From contig NC_135250.1 of assembly GCF_964204865.1 (NCBI RefSeq), forward strand, positions 7,750,001 to 7,814,000: a stretch of 64,000 nucleotides of DNA, given 5' to 3'. Below are positions 12,487 to 25,367 of the stretch, one piece after another (positions within the stretch are counted from its first letter, which is position 1; every line of letters begins with the position of its first letter). The stretch is from Styela clava (Eukaryota). The position numbers were made by a program, and so were the translations under genes. The notes beneath the pieces were generated by a model. That model was given only the letters and a program-made list of their open reading frames with translations. It was not told the DNA's origin and searched no databases.

Positions 12487-15169
12487 TTCTATGATTAAAT
12501 ACAACTATAGTATTATTATAAATTGAAATACTTTGTTGCCTAAGAAATATATAAAAATTTACGTTTAAAAGAGTAGTTCATTGTCCACCAGATGTGATAC
12601 AAGTATAAGACTCTAAAAATCCTCCTTGTATATCTGCTAAATACTCGCAAATAAACTCTGATTCTTCGGCAATCTATCCACAATTTTGTTTCTACTAATT
12701 CACAGTCTAATACAGCAATTTTGTTGTTTCCGTATTATTCATTTATATTTCAGTTGTGCGTGGCGTCACTGCCTGTTTTTGCTATTAGCATCTGGATGAA
12801 CTGTTATCCCCGCCGTATAGACAACACGACCGCCAGACGGAGATACGAAACCTCTTTACACATATATGTGGCATACACACAACTACAATAGATTGTACGC
12901 AAGACATGAAAATTGCCATTAACTTCAATAAACACGTCATATCTAGAACACTAATTGTTGTTAATATATTCAATTTCAGTAGACGAACGTGAAAAGTCAT
13001 TTAGCTATTATTAAAATAAAACAATCGACAGACGCGTCAGTCGGACGTTATAGTTTCCGCGCCAATTTTGAACGACTGCACATGTAAGTGTCCGTGCGAA
13101 TGAATATAACGTGATGGTAGTTTACACTAAATATGTAGAAAAAAAGTATTCTCAATCTTTTGATATAAAAATGAGAAATATTTAACACTTCAACTTTTGC
13201 TTATGTATGGTTGTACACGAGAGAAGTTTCAGTAACTTAGGACATTTTGCACAAATGTTATGTTCTGTACAATAGGTTACATATGGTCTGAGTTCTATTC
13301 TGGGGGGCCACTCTGTGTTTATGCTCTTTCTAGCATGCAATTGAGACAACGTTTTTCACAAACCTCTAATAAATATCTCTGAATTGGCATAGCCATGATT
13401 TCAAATAATTCACAATCGATTTTTATAATTGGTTGATTTAACCTTTAGCTATAGTGGCGAAAGTGGGTCCGATTGTTTAGAATTCATTTCAAAAAACTTT
13501 ATTCTCCGCTGGGCTTTTCCGATAGCTGCGCACAATACTGCACTAAATCTTCATAAATCTGGACGCAATCGATATAGAAGTGGATGTTTTCCATCCCATC
13601 ACTAATTCCTATATATTTAATTCAGCGATAGACACATAATTTGTACAAATCCTAAGGATATAGACAGGGTAGAGTCCAACTGCACATGGGTAGGTGGCAT
13701 ATGGCGATAAACCCCACGCCATGGTGGCGCTGCAATTTTGTTACAGATTAATTACACCTACAGATCGATCTGAGCAAATTTACAAATCACTACAAACATA
13801 AATATTGCAAACAAATTTCACGTACAACGCATGGCATCTTTTCTTCTTTAGAATTGATCAAATCAACAAAAATATACATTTTGAGTTTTTAAAAAAATTA
13901 CAATGAAATATTCTTTTATGCTCCAAACAAAAGTTCACCTCACCTAAATAAATCATTGTTAAACCAAATATAACGACAAAATAAATCATGTACCGGTTTC
14001 TATATTATGATATGCACGCTCGAGGCATTAAACTATACCACTCTAACATTTTCATGGTTAAAACCATACATGCCCATGTGTTGCGAGAATGCGTAATAAT
14101 GAACGTAATTCTACGCACGATTTTACGCAAAATAAAGCGTGAAACGTTATAGCGCTTTCAAATCAGTCAAAGCAGACGTTTGACATTGAACCTGATTAAC
14201 CTTGAATCGTGCTGATTGATGATTTTACACAAACTAGTTCTCATATACGTTATAATAATTAAAAAAAAATAATACTACATGCTATCCGAACACGTTGACG
14301 GTTTGTGCGTGGAGGATGGTATTTATTATCTCAAGGCCATAACAACACTGTTCTATGCGACGTATAAATCGTTATTATTTTTTAAATTATTATTTATGTT
14401 AGAATATTGTGAACCGCAAAGATTCTGCCAATTCAAACAGCGCCGGCTACCGATGAAAATCTTCATATGGTGGCTTTTACTATTAGGTTGTAAATAGAAA
14501 TGATAAAAACTAAATTAGGTAATAAAATTAGATATGAAAGGGTGCGTCACCCTATAAGACAAGCTTCACTTATACGGGTAATTTTCAAGCCAGCGATCTA
14601 AACCTTCGAGTGTATACTACTGGAGTAAGGAAGAGTATATGGCCCAATCGCTATCTAAATGTTCATCTCCGAAGCGGGTTCATTTGAATTAGGTATATAC
14701 AGAGGGCAGCAACAGATGATGTGTATTGGAAATTGCAATGATTCATGTAAAGACTTACTGTTTATATTATTTCAAATGTCTCTAACCTGAATTAATATTG
14801 GTGATAATTGTGCTAAGATTAGCGTGGTAAAGTTTGTCGTAAATATTTTACTGCACCAAAGTCAAATAGCCCAGATAAAAACAGCCGTCTTTTATAGATT
14901 CTAAAACTGATATTTACTTGGGGCAATGAATCAATACACATCCAGTTTTACTGAATCACAGTTCAAGGACGTGAAAGTTCGTCCGATTCTACTGGAAATG
15001 AAGTTTAACACCATTAATAAAACTGTAGAGATCGCAGGGCTTCCAAAGATATTCGCTTCGAAAACTTCTTCGTCTTTCTCAACATATAAGAGCCAGGTCC
15101 ATGTTGGGATCCGGTTCTAAAGCAGCATCAAATGGATCTCCACAATTCTTGAAGAAATGATTCAAACAT

Positions 15170-15320
15170 AGAGGTGACTCAGCTGATCACTCCCATGTTC
15201 TTCAATACCACGACGTCACACTGTCAGCTATTTCAAATGACGTAACGTTCAGCTGTTCCACATGGGGATTGCTGAATTTCTAAAACTAGGCCTTAACAAA
15301 TCTGTTGCTAAAGGTGAACT
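15170..15320. promoter_or_regulatory. Candidate muscle enhancer upstream of the myophilin-like gene
   Basis: Within ~150 bp there are two CAGCTG E-boxes (~15180, ~15250), CRE-like GACGTCA and TGACGT sites (~15212, ~15238), and T-box-like AGGTGA / TCACAC sites. Motif-level evidence only. Confidence 0.4.
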
Positions 15321-16763
15321 AATTCAGAAAAATTTGAACACCGATATGAATTGCAAAGATACGAACGCACGAAATTAGATGGAAAGTCAAATACTTCATC
15401 TGAGATGACTATTGTAACTGCAACGAATATAGAAAAAATATAACAGTCTGTCGAGAATTAAAAATAAAAATCATTCTACAAATCATCCCTTCTTTTATAT
15501 TCCAAGCCTAACATTTTCCTAGAAAATATATTTTAATCATTTGTTGTTACCCAGTTGCGGAAACATAACGTATTTACAATTATTCAAATGACAATTTTCT
15601 ACAAAATGTTAAAAGAATCTTGTTTCGGGAATCTTATGCAATCTTACAGATGATGTATTCATTTGAAGTAGTTCAATATTCATTGAAGACACTGATTATT
15701 ATGACCATGGATTACGATTTAAATTTTTAAAATTATCAAACAAAATCTCGAATCGGGAATAGTTTCCCCAAGCATTGCCCACAAATGGAGTCCACATCTT
15801 GGTTGCGTGTACGATCAATGGATCATGCTTGATGGTAATTGAATACATAACCCGACTGGGCTGTATTCAAAAATTAGTAATCACCGCATTTGAATACTTT
15901 TATACTCGTGGGATTTCCGCCTTTTTCCCGATAGCTTTGGCAAACATGATTATTTCTGGAAGATGAGGGAATCCTTTGCGCGACCCGTTTGTGGAGCAGC
16001 ACATATAAGGAAAGATCTCTTTCGAGATGCTTCCAATACCGACATACCAAATTCACCACTCGTCTGGAGAATGATGTATAATTGAATTTGTGTAACAACT
16101 CAAAGAGCAAAAGTTCCGAGCATTGGTAATATCGTCTTCATATTTGAGTAACTGCACCCTGATACTTTTGCTTAGCAGTTACAATTCGCAACCCAGTACT
16201 TTATTGTTAGAATTTTGGTAAACGTTATAACTCTACGCTAGGTATTGGTAGCAATCAGTTTATACAAGTTACAGATTGTTGTATTGAATTGGCTACAAAC
16301 AATACGTCGTTGAAAGGAATATTGTTTTATAGTTCCATTATTGGTGAATTGTCAATTGTTGTCTCCCAAATATTAAAACAGTTTTCTCAGTTAAATTTTT
16401 TCAGTAATTCAGAGTATGAACTTGAACAGATTAGTAAGCAGTTAATTTGGCGTTGATAAACTTCAATCGTCAAACGTCATGATATAATATTTCAGTATAC
16501 TCAGATGTATGCTGCAACTATTCTATTTAATTCAAGAGTCTTGCTGTAATCTAACACAAATGAAACGGTCAGACGAAACGCTACAAAAATACATTCGTGT
16601 TAGTGAGCAACAAGACTCGAATTAAAATGCACTCAAATAAATAAGTAGTTGACTGCATACTGCAGCCTAAAATCAAGATTTTTTTAAAAACCTTCCGCAC
16701 TTCGATTTATTTTTAGATCCATTTTTAGCATAGAATTATCTAATTAACTAATCAACTACCACA

Positions 16764-18921
16764 ATGGCCAACAAGGGATTCGCGTATGGCATGAGCGCTC
16801 AGGTCGCTAAAAAGGTAGGTATATTTTTTTGAAAAGTTCCTAGTTAAATTTGTACCATCTCTTTTACACATGACAGTCAATACTTGAACAATCTATGGCA
16901 AGTGGAATTGCTTATGTGATGATATGATGTGACGATTTCCTCCAATATTCCTACCATAGTCGTGAAAAATGATTTCAAACAAAATTTGTTAAACAAACAA
17001 AATGTTTTGTACTAGTCCAAGTGGGGCGATTTTAAGTTAATTTGATGTATATATATTCAATTTCTACATGAGCTGTAAAGGTTTCTGAGGTATTTGTATT
17101 TTAAATTCTTCTGGTTGTTGTTATATTATTACACAGTGTGTAGGTTGAAATAACCAATAGATTCCTGGTCAAATACAAGGCAAGGGTGAACAAATACCTT
17201 GGATTCGTGTCACTCCTGATCAAAGAATCAACAGTAAACGCAGAAATATAATAAAGTAGAAAGCAAAGCTATTGCTTATGTTGATAGTTGTTACGGAAAT
17301 TAAACCTTATTTAAATGAGTTGTACACATGTTTACACTTAAAGCACGACGTAAATAGGCAAATTTTATAAAGATAGTAAGATACAAGACTATATAAAAAT
17401 GAAGAAGCTCTGTTCATTTACTTCATAACCCTTTTTACCTAGATTGCTGGAAAGCGCGATACGGATGCGGAAGCCAAAGTGCAGCATTTTATTGAGACAA
17501 TCACTGGTCAATCTTTCGATTCTTCCAAAAGCTACGAGGAGAATCTTCATGATGGCCAACTCATATGCCAGTAAGCAATCCATATGTATTATCTCTTAAT
17601 TTTAAATTCAGTTAGTACAACCCTAGTTCAGTGTTAGGTAGAACCTTAGACGCAAGTCCAATCGAGTCAAGTACATCACTGAGTTAAGTCTCACTGGTGG
17701 TCAGTTGATGGCGAGTGACGTTTTTGGTAAATGGTCACCCGGGTTCAACTTGAGCCGTGTCAATCATTCTAGCCTCTCCAAATCAGGTAAAGCCAGGCAA
17801 AGCTTTTTTCTGGAATCCTATCATTCATTTAGTGTTTATTGTTTTTTCCAATGTGATTTACAATCAACATTTTCAACAGCTTGGCCAACAAATTGAAACC
17901 AAAATCAGTTAAGAAGATCCAAGAAAGCACAATGCCATTCAAAAAGGTAAGTATATCATTGTGATAAACGAGTGTTATTCTACCGGAAAATGAGATCGGG
18001 GTCTCAGTTAACATATTGTCACATTTTGTCACAGTTATCTTTATATATGGATGAGAGGCTTCAAATAAGTTAAAAGTGCAACATACTAGTTTATATATAT
18101 ATTTTTCTTACTTTATAATTTTTTTGTTTTTTTAGTTTTATTCTATTACTGAAAATCCACTGAATGTCAATTATAGGTGCATTTTAGCTCCGAAAGAAAA
18201 ATAAAATTTGTACTACTTTAGAATATTTAGTTCAAATGGTACAAAATAAGGTCAAGGCGGTTGAAATTGGCTACCACACTACAATAAACGGTTTTCAATC
18301 CGATTTCTCTAACTGGGGAAGGCATAAAGACTTGTTGTTCAATATATAATTTTTCAATAAGATGAGATTGCTCAATGGCTCAAACAGCATAAAAGTAATT
18401 ATTATTTGACTTCAGATGGAGAACATCGAAAACTTTTTGAAATTCGCCCAGGACTATGGTGTCCCAAAAGGCGACTTGTTTCAAACAGTTGATCTGTACG
18501 AAACCTCGAATATTCCTGCTTTCACTGCAACAATGGTCGCCCTTGGTCGCGCGGTAAGTAAAGTTTATATTTTCTGTGATTTGTTTGACTGTGGTAATGT
18601 GAATTGCCCCCCATACTGAAGATGTGAGATCACACTGTACTGTCATCACGCCAGAATGGATATATTGTACTTCAATTATAGTGATGGCTCATAGCAAATT
18701 GTTCTTTTCAGTGCCAACTGAAACCAGAATGGGATTCATCATCTTCCTCCTACCAAAAGGATTGGCCCGTTCTCGGACCCAAACCCTCGATTGAAAACAA
18801 ACGTGAATTTGACGAGAAAACTATCGCTGAAGGCAAAAATATTATCGGAATACAAGCCGGAACCAACAAAATGGCTAGCCAAGCTGGCCAGTCTTTTGGA
18901 GCAAGAAGACAAATCAATTAA
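16764..18921 (+). CDS. Myophilin / transgelin / muscle protein 20-like (calponin-homology domain + one calponin repeat), 197 aa
   Basis: Exons 16764-16814 (MANKGFAYGMSAQVAKK), 17443-17570, 17880-17946, 18416-18553 (MENIENFLKFAQDYGVPKGDLFQTVDLYE) and 18712-18921 (IIGIQAGTNKMASQAGQSFGARRQI). Total 594 nt, all GT-AG, phases consistent; AATAAA downstream. Confidence 0.95.
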
Positions 18922-20294
18922 CTTTGAATTTATTAGCAGTTATGGTGTTTTAACTATCCAAAATATTTTCTTTTTACTTTTGCATACGGTTCAACGCCAA
19001 AATGTTAATAAATGTTGGTCTCCCGGCTATTATTTTGCAATATTAAAAGATGCATATATATAAATAAAAAAAAATTGCGTCTCCTAAAAGTAGAGCCTCT
19101 CGTGTCAACACACGGGTAGTTATTTGCATCTCAGCTAATAATTAATCTTCTTTTTACCAAATACTAAAAATAATTATAATCTCCGAACAACCAGAAAAAT
19201 ATTGTGTCGTTTTCTGTATATGTTTAGGACATCATTTATTTCGTAATGTTTATCAAATCATAACAACGACAAAATACAGTATTTGCTAGATAATTTGGCA
19301 TTTTTTGTTTTAGAAGACTAAGTTAGGGCTTAGGATGAGCATAACTGTACCAAACGTACCCACGCTCAGTCTACACAAACAAAGGGGTGTATCATCAATT
19401 TCTCCCTTCTCGTTTTAGCCAAAAGATAGCATCTCGTTATAATTTCAAAAATTGAGGGATGACCCAAGTACTCAAAGCTGGGTATCTTTTGTAATTTAAT
19501 ATATATTACAAGTAGGCCACGAACTGGTTGGAATTTACTTAACACAATAGTTGTGACCAGAAGTACCTCTGATAATTCCCATGCTTACCGACTGAATAAA
19601 CCTATGTAACCTTTGATGATAACACATTGTAATAGCAATCAACATTTGTTCGACAACTTTTTTATTTCTTTGAGCTACACCCAAGGGAGGAACATGCTAC
19701 AAGCATGCACGCGAAGGCACGTTTGCATTTCTGTCAACACTTTAATGCAGTTTTGGAGTTTATGTCAGTACATAGGAATGTAGTTTAGTCCTTTGGGATA
19801 TAGGTCGAGACGACGGAAAATAGTGCCAATGATATAAATAGAAAAGACAGAATTGGCTGACTACGACGACATCCTTCAACAGAAGATAGAATATAGCGTA
19901 TGCATGCATATCGAAATCAAATTAAATTATTTACTGCTATATTTGGTTGTTTGCTATAGTAAATAATCAAACGCAAGAATTACCAATTTTTTTTACATAT
20001 AATTCGACTGCGCATTGCATAAATATGTATCCATATCCGCTACTAACCCCGACAGCTGCACCATGTCGATACTGAAATAAAATCACGACGTCATCATTGT
20101 CGCCAATATGTAGAAATTCTGAAAACGACACCTAAGACACATGTACGATACATCATGCCTTAATTCCTCATGATCAGTCAATAACGTTTCAATGCTCAAG
20201 CCGGTACTTGTTGAACACGAAATGAATCTATAGATTGTTTTGTCATTTCGTATTTTTCTCCTTGTTGTTTTTCTTTATCTACTGGACCAATTGC

Positions 20295-20972
20295 CAAGCT
20301 TATCCTTGGGGTATGTTTTTCTATCCCATTCCATAACAATTTATGCCTGTCCCATCCCATGGGATTCCCATACAACCCAATGAAAATTAGTAAATTTATG
20401 AAAATTCAGGTTTATTGTCTAGTGAATAAGACTACATGAAGGAAGAGACATGCAAAAGGACAAAATTTATTGACTTTGTTAACTTTAAAATTCAAAAGTA
20501 TTGACTAATTATATCAATTCAATATCACGGCCCTATCGCCAAACTACTCTGAAAACGACCTCTAACCACAAAATCATCCGAGTGTGACTTGGTTGATGTT
20601 TTGATTGGCAGGTATCCGGCTTAAAATTACAAAAACTTCTCTGGCCCGATCGCAATGAAAAATTTTCTGGGTTATGTGGACGCTATCCCAGACTAACACG
20701 CCGAGTTTCGTCCGAATCGGCCCGCCAGAATTGTGCTCGCACTCTATATATAGAATGTATTAATAATACCTATCACTTACGTCTAACGCCATACGTGCAA
20801 CAATTTTCGACTCTGACTGTATATAAGCATTATCGTGCTAACTCGTAAAAATCGCGCCGGTAAGAACATAATGGTAATTTTGTTGACGTACAAAGCATTA
20901 TCTTCTATGAAATTGTCTCACGTGTACTGCTTGTCCCATCCCGTGGAAATCCCATTCTCATGGTCAAGCCTG
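20295..20972. mobile_element. Second, older copy of the CCCAT-family hAT MITE
   Basis: The first ~190 bp align with 3128-3310 (tgtcccatcccatgggatt ... gactacatg...gaagagacatgcaaaa). Ends are CAAGCTTATCC ... GGTCAAGCCTG, with an 8-bp TSD CCAATTGC/CCGATTGC. Confidence 0.78.
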
Positions 20973-23900
20973 CCGATTGCTTTGAAATTTTCGGTGGTTA
21001 GAGATTGTTGTTGTCTCTAGAAGGCTATTATTTATTTCAAAAATGGTGTTGGCTCTATGGAATTCGTTTTTTACTTCAAATTTTTGTGTGAAGACGTCAT
21101 CAAAATTCATAAATCCGCACCATATATATCGTGTTTACGTGACCATATTTCACCGACCTAGTGGCTAGACTACCTGTAATGTAACAGTTTTGGTGCTAAC
21201 TCGTTTTCGCTTTCGTGTCCATATATTCGAGCGTGACCTTCTTGTTTCCTGTACGTAACGCTTCTCAAACCATTGGTTTTTTATTGTAGTAAATCGCCCA
21301 TGTTAAAAAATGTTCTTTGTTCCTCACAAAAACGAGCCGGGACAATGACCATGGTAAAAAGATCATGGCATATATTCATAGGGTAAACTCTTTTCGGTTA
21401 TATCCATGTTGGTCCAGTGGATGACAAGGTCACATATCTTTGAATTCATATAGTAGGAGCCATACGGCAATTATTGTAGGATTCCTATGGGCAACCTTGA
21501 AGCTTTACTTATACAAACTGTTTTATTTTTTCAGTCAGATCAACGACCCAGCTGTGTGCTCTAAAAATTCGATTCTCAATCAGTTGTTGAAATACTGCTA
21601 CAGATTATCATATCAATGGTCCAAATTCAGCAGCATTGTATATTGATGAGAAAATATCTTTATTCTGTCAGATATAAATCATTGTGGGGAATTATTTTTT
21701 TGACTAATGAGTTGTTTGCCTATGCGAAACTCAACCAACAGTAATATCGGACTTGTGAGAGAAACGGAAAACATTTGGGAATCGGGTTCGATATATTGTC
21801 CAGCCGTTGAATGGCCCCTGGAACGAGCGCTACTGTTGGTACAAGGAAACTGGCGTATTTATATACATGTCCTCATTTCATTCTACCAGGAATGTCAAAA
21901 ATTTCGAATCTGAACAATGCGTCCACAGCGTAAACGGTTTTCCGTCAAATGGTCAAAATAACTTATGTTGACAATATTTATGTGAATACTCAGAATAAGC
22001 AAACAAATAAATAATCTTTTCGACGAATCGAAATGAACAGTCATATTAAGTTCGAAGCAAACATTAAAAGTAACTGTAGAACAATATGCTATTGATGTAC
22101 TATATCAAGAATCAACGGTTTTTCAAAATGAGGTAAAAATCAACAATAAAAGATATAAATGAATGCAATATTAAATAAGCCGAAACTCGAAGCCAAATAT
22201 TCTCTTGATCAGAGCTGCGAATTTGATGTTGAACGTACATTCATAAAGAGTTTCAAACCAATCAATGGTTACAAATGGTTTCGATTCTCCACCTAATGGT
22301 TGCCTATATTCACACAAAACTGGGCTACGGGCTAACACCAAGATGAAAGTGCTACTACTAGTCTTGTGTGGTTTACTGTAAATTACCACGTTTTGTAATT
22401 GCTGTAAAATTTTCGGTAACAAGGCGGTGTATTATAGGATCGTGAAAACGATATAAATCAATTACAATTACTTTTGATTCAATTCAAGACTGACTTAAAT
22501 GGTATAAACGTAAAAAATTTTTTTTATGCATTTGATCTGAACCTCTTAGCAAAGTCACAATGTACCGTTGTCAAACAGCCTAATAGTAAGTGAAAATTTG
22601 TTATTGCGTAATATCATTTACCCCTCATGTGTATTATAGTACGAATTCTCGATATAACTAACGTGACACGACGCAATTCGTTCCTGTGTCATTACTCAAA
22701 AGACAACGTGGATCGTTTTATCAAGGCGGTTCTTAATGGGAAGGCTTCCGATATCTTGGATTGTTTGAATGAGCGTTCGTTATCAACTCCGTTTTGGAGA
22801 GTCAATATTGAACATAGCGACAAAATGATATACTCGCTACGTCACTCAAGAGTCCGTTATAAACAATAAACATAATTTTAATAAAGGCCCTTCATGAAAT
22901 CTTGAATTGGCCACATATGGACCTTATCAAATACACTAATATCATTAATATCTTACAGGGTTCTTGTGTGGTTTGAGTTTACTCTCTCGTCATCTTGAAA
23001 CAAGAACTGGCTTATCTTTGTGCGCCTCGTTATGTTTACCGTCAATTCGAAATAGCGACTTTGAGCAGATGCTTGTGACGGGAATTTTCACTTGTGACAT
23101 TGGACTGCCATTTCGTAGCTCTGACAACTGGTGTGAGATTTTAGTGAGGTACTGTTTTAAAAAAGAAACTTGGGGACTGGCACTTTGTTCTTTTGCTATC
23201 TGGGACCCATAAATGCGACAATCTTCGACGAAGTTTTATTATCTCGAAAAACGTACGGAAAAGAAGGAAGACTCAAACTCTGGCTATGGACGCCTTAACC
23301 TGAAAACCCGTTTGGTATGGTATGTGCATAAATCTGGTGCTGTGGATCCTCTTGGTACGTCATGTTTAAAATAGGAGTTGAATATTATAACAGTGAACAC
23401 TAGTAATGTTTTAATATTTTCAATAAAAACTAGAATAGCTTTAAAATTAGTCTAGACTGCATTATGAGGTAAGTTTGGGTAGCCGTTTTGTTCATTACTG
23501 CTTTTAAAAGATGAGTAGGTTTTTTATTGAAATTTTGATTTAAGGGTTTTTCTATAGATGAGCTTCAGTGCAAACGAACTACTAGATTTCTCCACGAGAA
23601 TGCTTTATTTAAACTGACTGAATCAAATTTGACATGGATAGAAATAGCCTAAAAAAAAACTATGTCGGTTTCGAATTGCTCCATATGCAAGGCACCTTCT
23701 TTCAATACACGAAGTGTAATGTCTATGGAAGCAGTATGTAACAGACACTATCACCACTAGTATTATAAGTTCAACCTTATTAAGTGTTGTGGAATTTTTT
23801 TCGTTTTTCATCACAAACAGATCCAATATAAAATGTGGCCTACCGATGAAGAACATGGAAATCAAATATCTATTCGATGATCTAATTCCTACATAAAAGA

Positions 23901-24159
23901 CTGAATTCAGGCAACTTGACCAGATAGACAATGGGCTTACAGGAAACTGCACTTTTTTTTTATCAAATATGACCTATATTGCTGCACTGGCCTACCGAGA
24001 CAAGTGACGCCAATCTTACCATAACAGTGACAATATTTACTTCATTATGCACGAGTTGCGGGAAAAGCACAAGTTACCCAATCCTTTTCCCTTTGTGAGT
24101 CCACGTCAGGGTGTTCGATACAAAAAATGAAGAAGTATCAAATATTCAAGAAACTAGAG

Positions 24160-24200
24160 CAGGGGTGGGCAAGGTTTTTGGATCAAGGGCCGAAAATTTT
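24160..24200 (+). mobile_element. Isolated hAT/Charlie-like terminus
   Basis: CAGGGGTGGGCAA follows CTAGAG, as at Charlie/Buster-type ends; no matching right end was found nearby. Confidence 0.4.
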
Positions 24201-24399
24201 CAACATATATACTGGATTTTTTTCATCTGCCAAATTTCAGTGCACTGTGTATGGAACTCGGGATTCTATTTATAACATTTTCCAATCTGTCGCTACAACA
24301 ATACCTTTGCCCAAATAATGCCTTTAATGTGATTTTTACAGGTCTACTGGCATTAAAACACCGATATTATTGTCATTTTATGCTTCAATTTTACTTAGT

Positions 24400-24688
24400 T
24401 GTCATGTAGTTTTTCCGCGATAGAGAAGCATTATTCAATTTTGGATGTTCATGCAAATGTCAACGTGAAATATTTGTTTGATTGATAGCTTGCTGCTCTA
24501 TTATTTTGTTGGAGATTGCACTATATCCAGCATTTGTGCCAAGTGTGCAAACTGCCGTCGTGCAGTCGAGTCACCAACTAGAGAACTAGCATCAGTTTGA
24601 GAAAACTGTCGATTTTTGCAATTTGTAAGACTCCCATTTTCCATGAAGAAACCAACCATTGATGCAAACACCGTCTCGTAACATTCCT
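24400..24688 (-). pseudogene. Degraded NXPE / SGNH(GDS)-type esterase-acyltransferase-like exon fragment
   Basis: The minus frame reads ECYETVFASMVGFFMENGSLTNCKNRQFSQTDASSLVGDSTARRQFAHLAQML then stops. This resembles the NXPE segment G-F/Y-F...C...F...GDSTxRQxF but appears to lack the usual CL...K spacer. Confidence 0.4.
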
Positions 24689-25367
24689 ATCCTAATTGGA
24701 GTTGAGCATGGTTTTAGAGCCGTCTGACTAGTTTATAGAATCGATGAACGCGAAGGAATATCTAGTCGATTATCTTAGTACTTTGAATTGATAAATGAAG
24801 CGTTCATAACTGTTTAATGTATTTAAACGATATTGAAAAAAAATAAAATTTGACAATTTGCAATATAAATAAAATGTTGATAGAAATCAAAAATGAGAAA
24901 CGGACAACTACAATGTTGTTGCATATCCAGTACGAAAATGGTATAATGCGTTGTCGCCACCTGTTGTAAATTTTCACGAGAAATCTTAAACATCATGTTG
25001 ATGTCAGTTTGCTAGAACAGGGTTTTAGACTCACTCTGCTTGTATGTTATCTTCCTTTGAATGAATTAAAGTTTTGAAGCAATTAGCTTGTACTGAGAGC
25101 AGTTTGGGCCTAACTATATTGGGGTATTACGTTGACTATTTCGAATATCATTTTTTCCGAAATTACCATGGACTTTAATCTTAATATAATGCTTCAAATT
25201 TACCTTCTTTTTTAAATAAAATAATATCGTTTCGATAGACAATACCTATTTATCGCAATTGCGTTGTAATATACACCATAACTAATACATGACGAGCAGA
25301 TTCGTTTTCGAATTCTTAATGTTATAGAAATGACATTTTTGATAATTGGCAAAAGCGATTGAAAACT

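Noticed and set aside
19080-19400. Possible degenerate inverted-repeat element with ttaggg motifs
   Set aside because: Too diverged to define ends or a TSD, and not a telomeric array.
21400-23350. Scattered short plus-strand ORFs between the myophilin-like and GT7 genes
   Set aside because: I could not assemble a phase-consistent gene; frequent stops and no identifiable domain.
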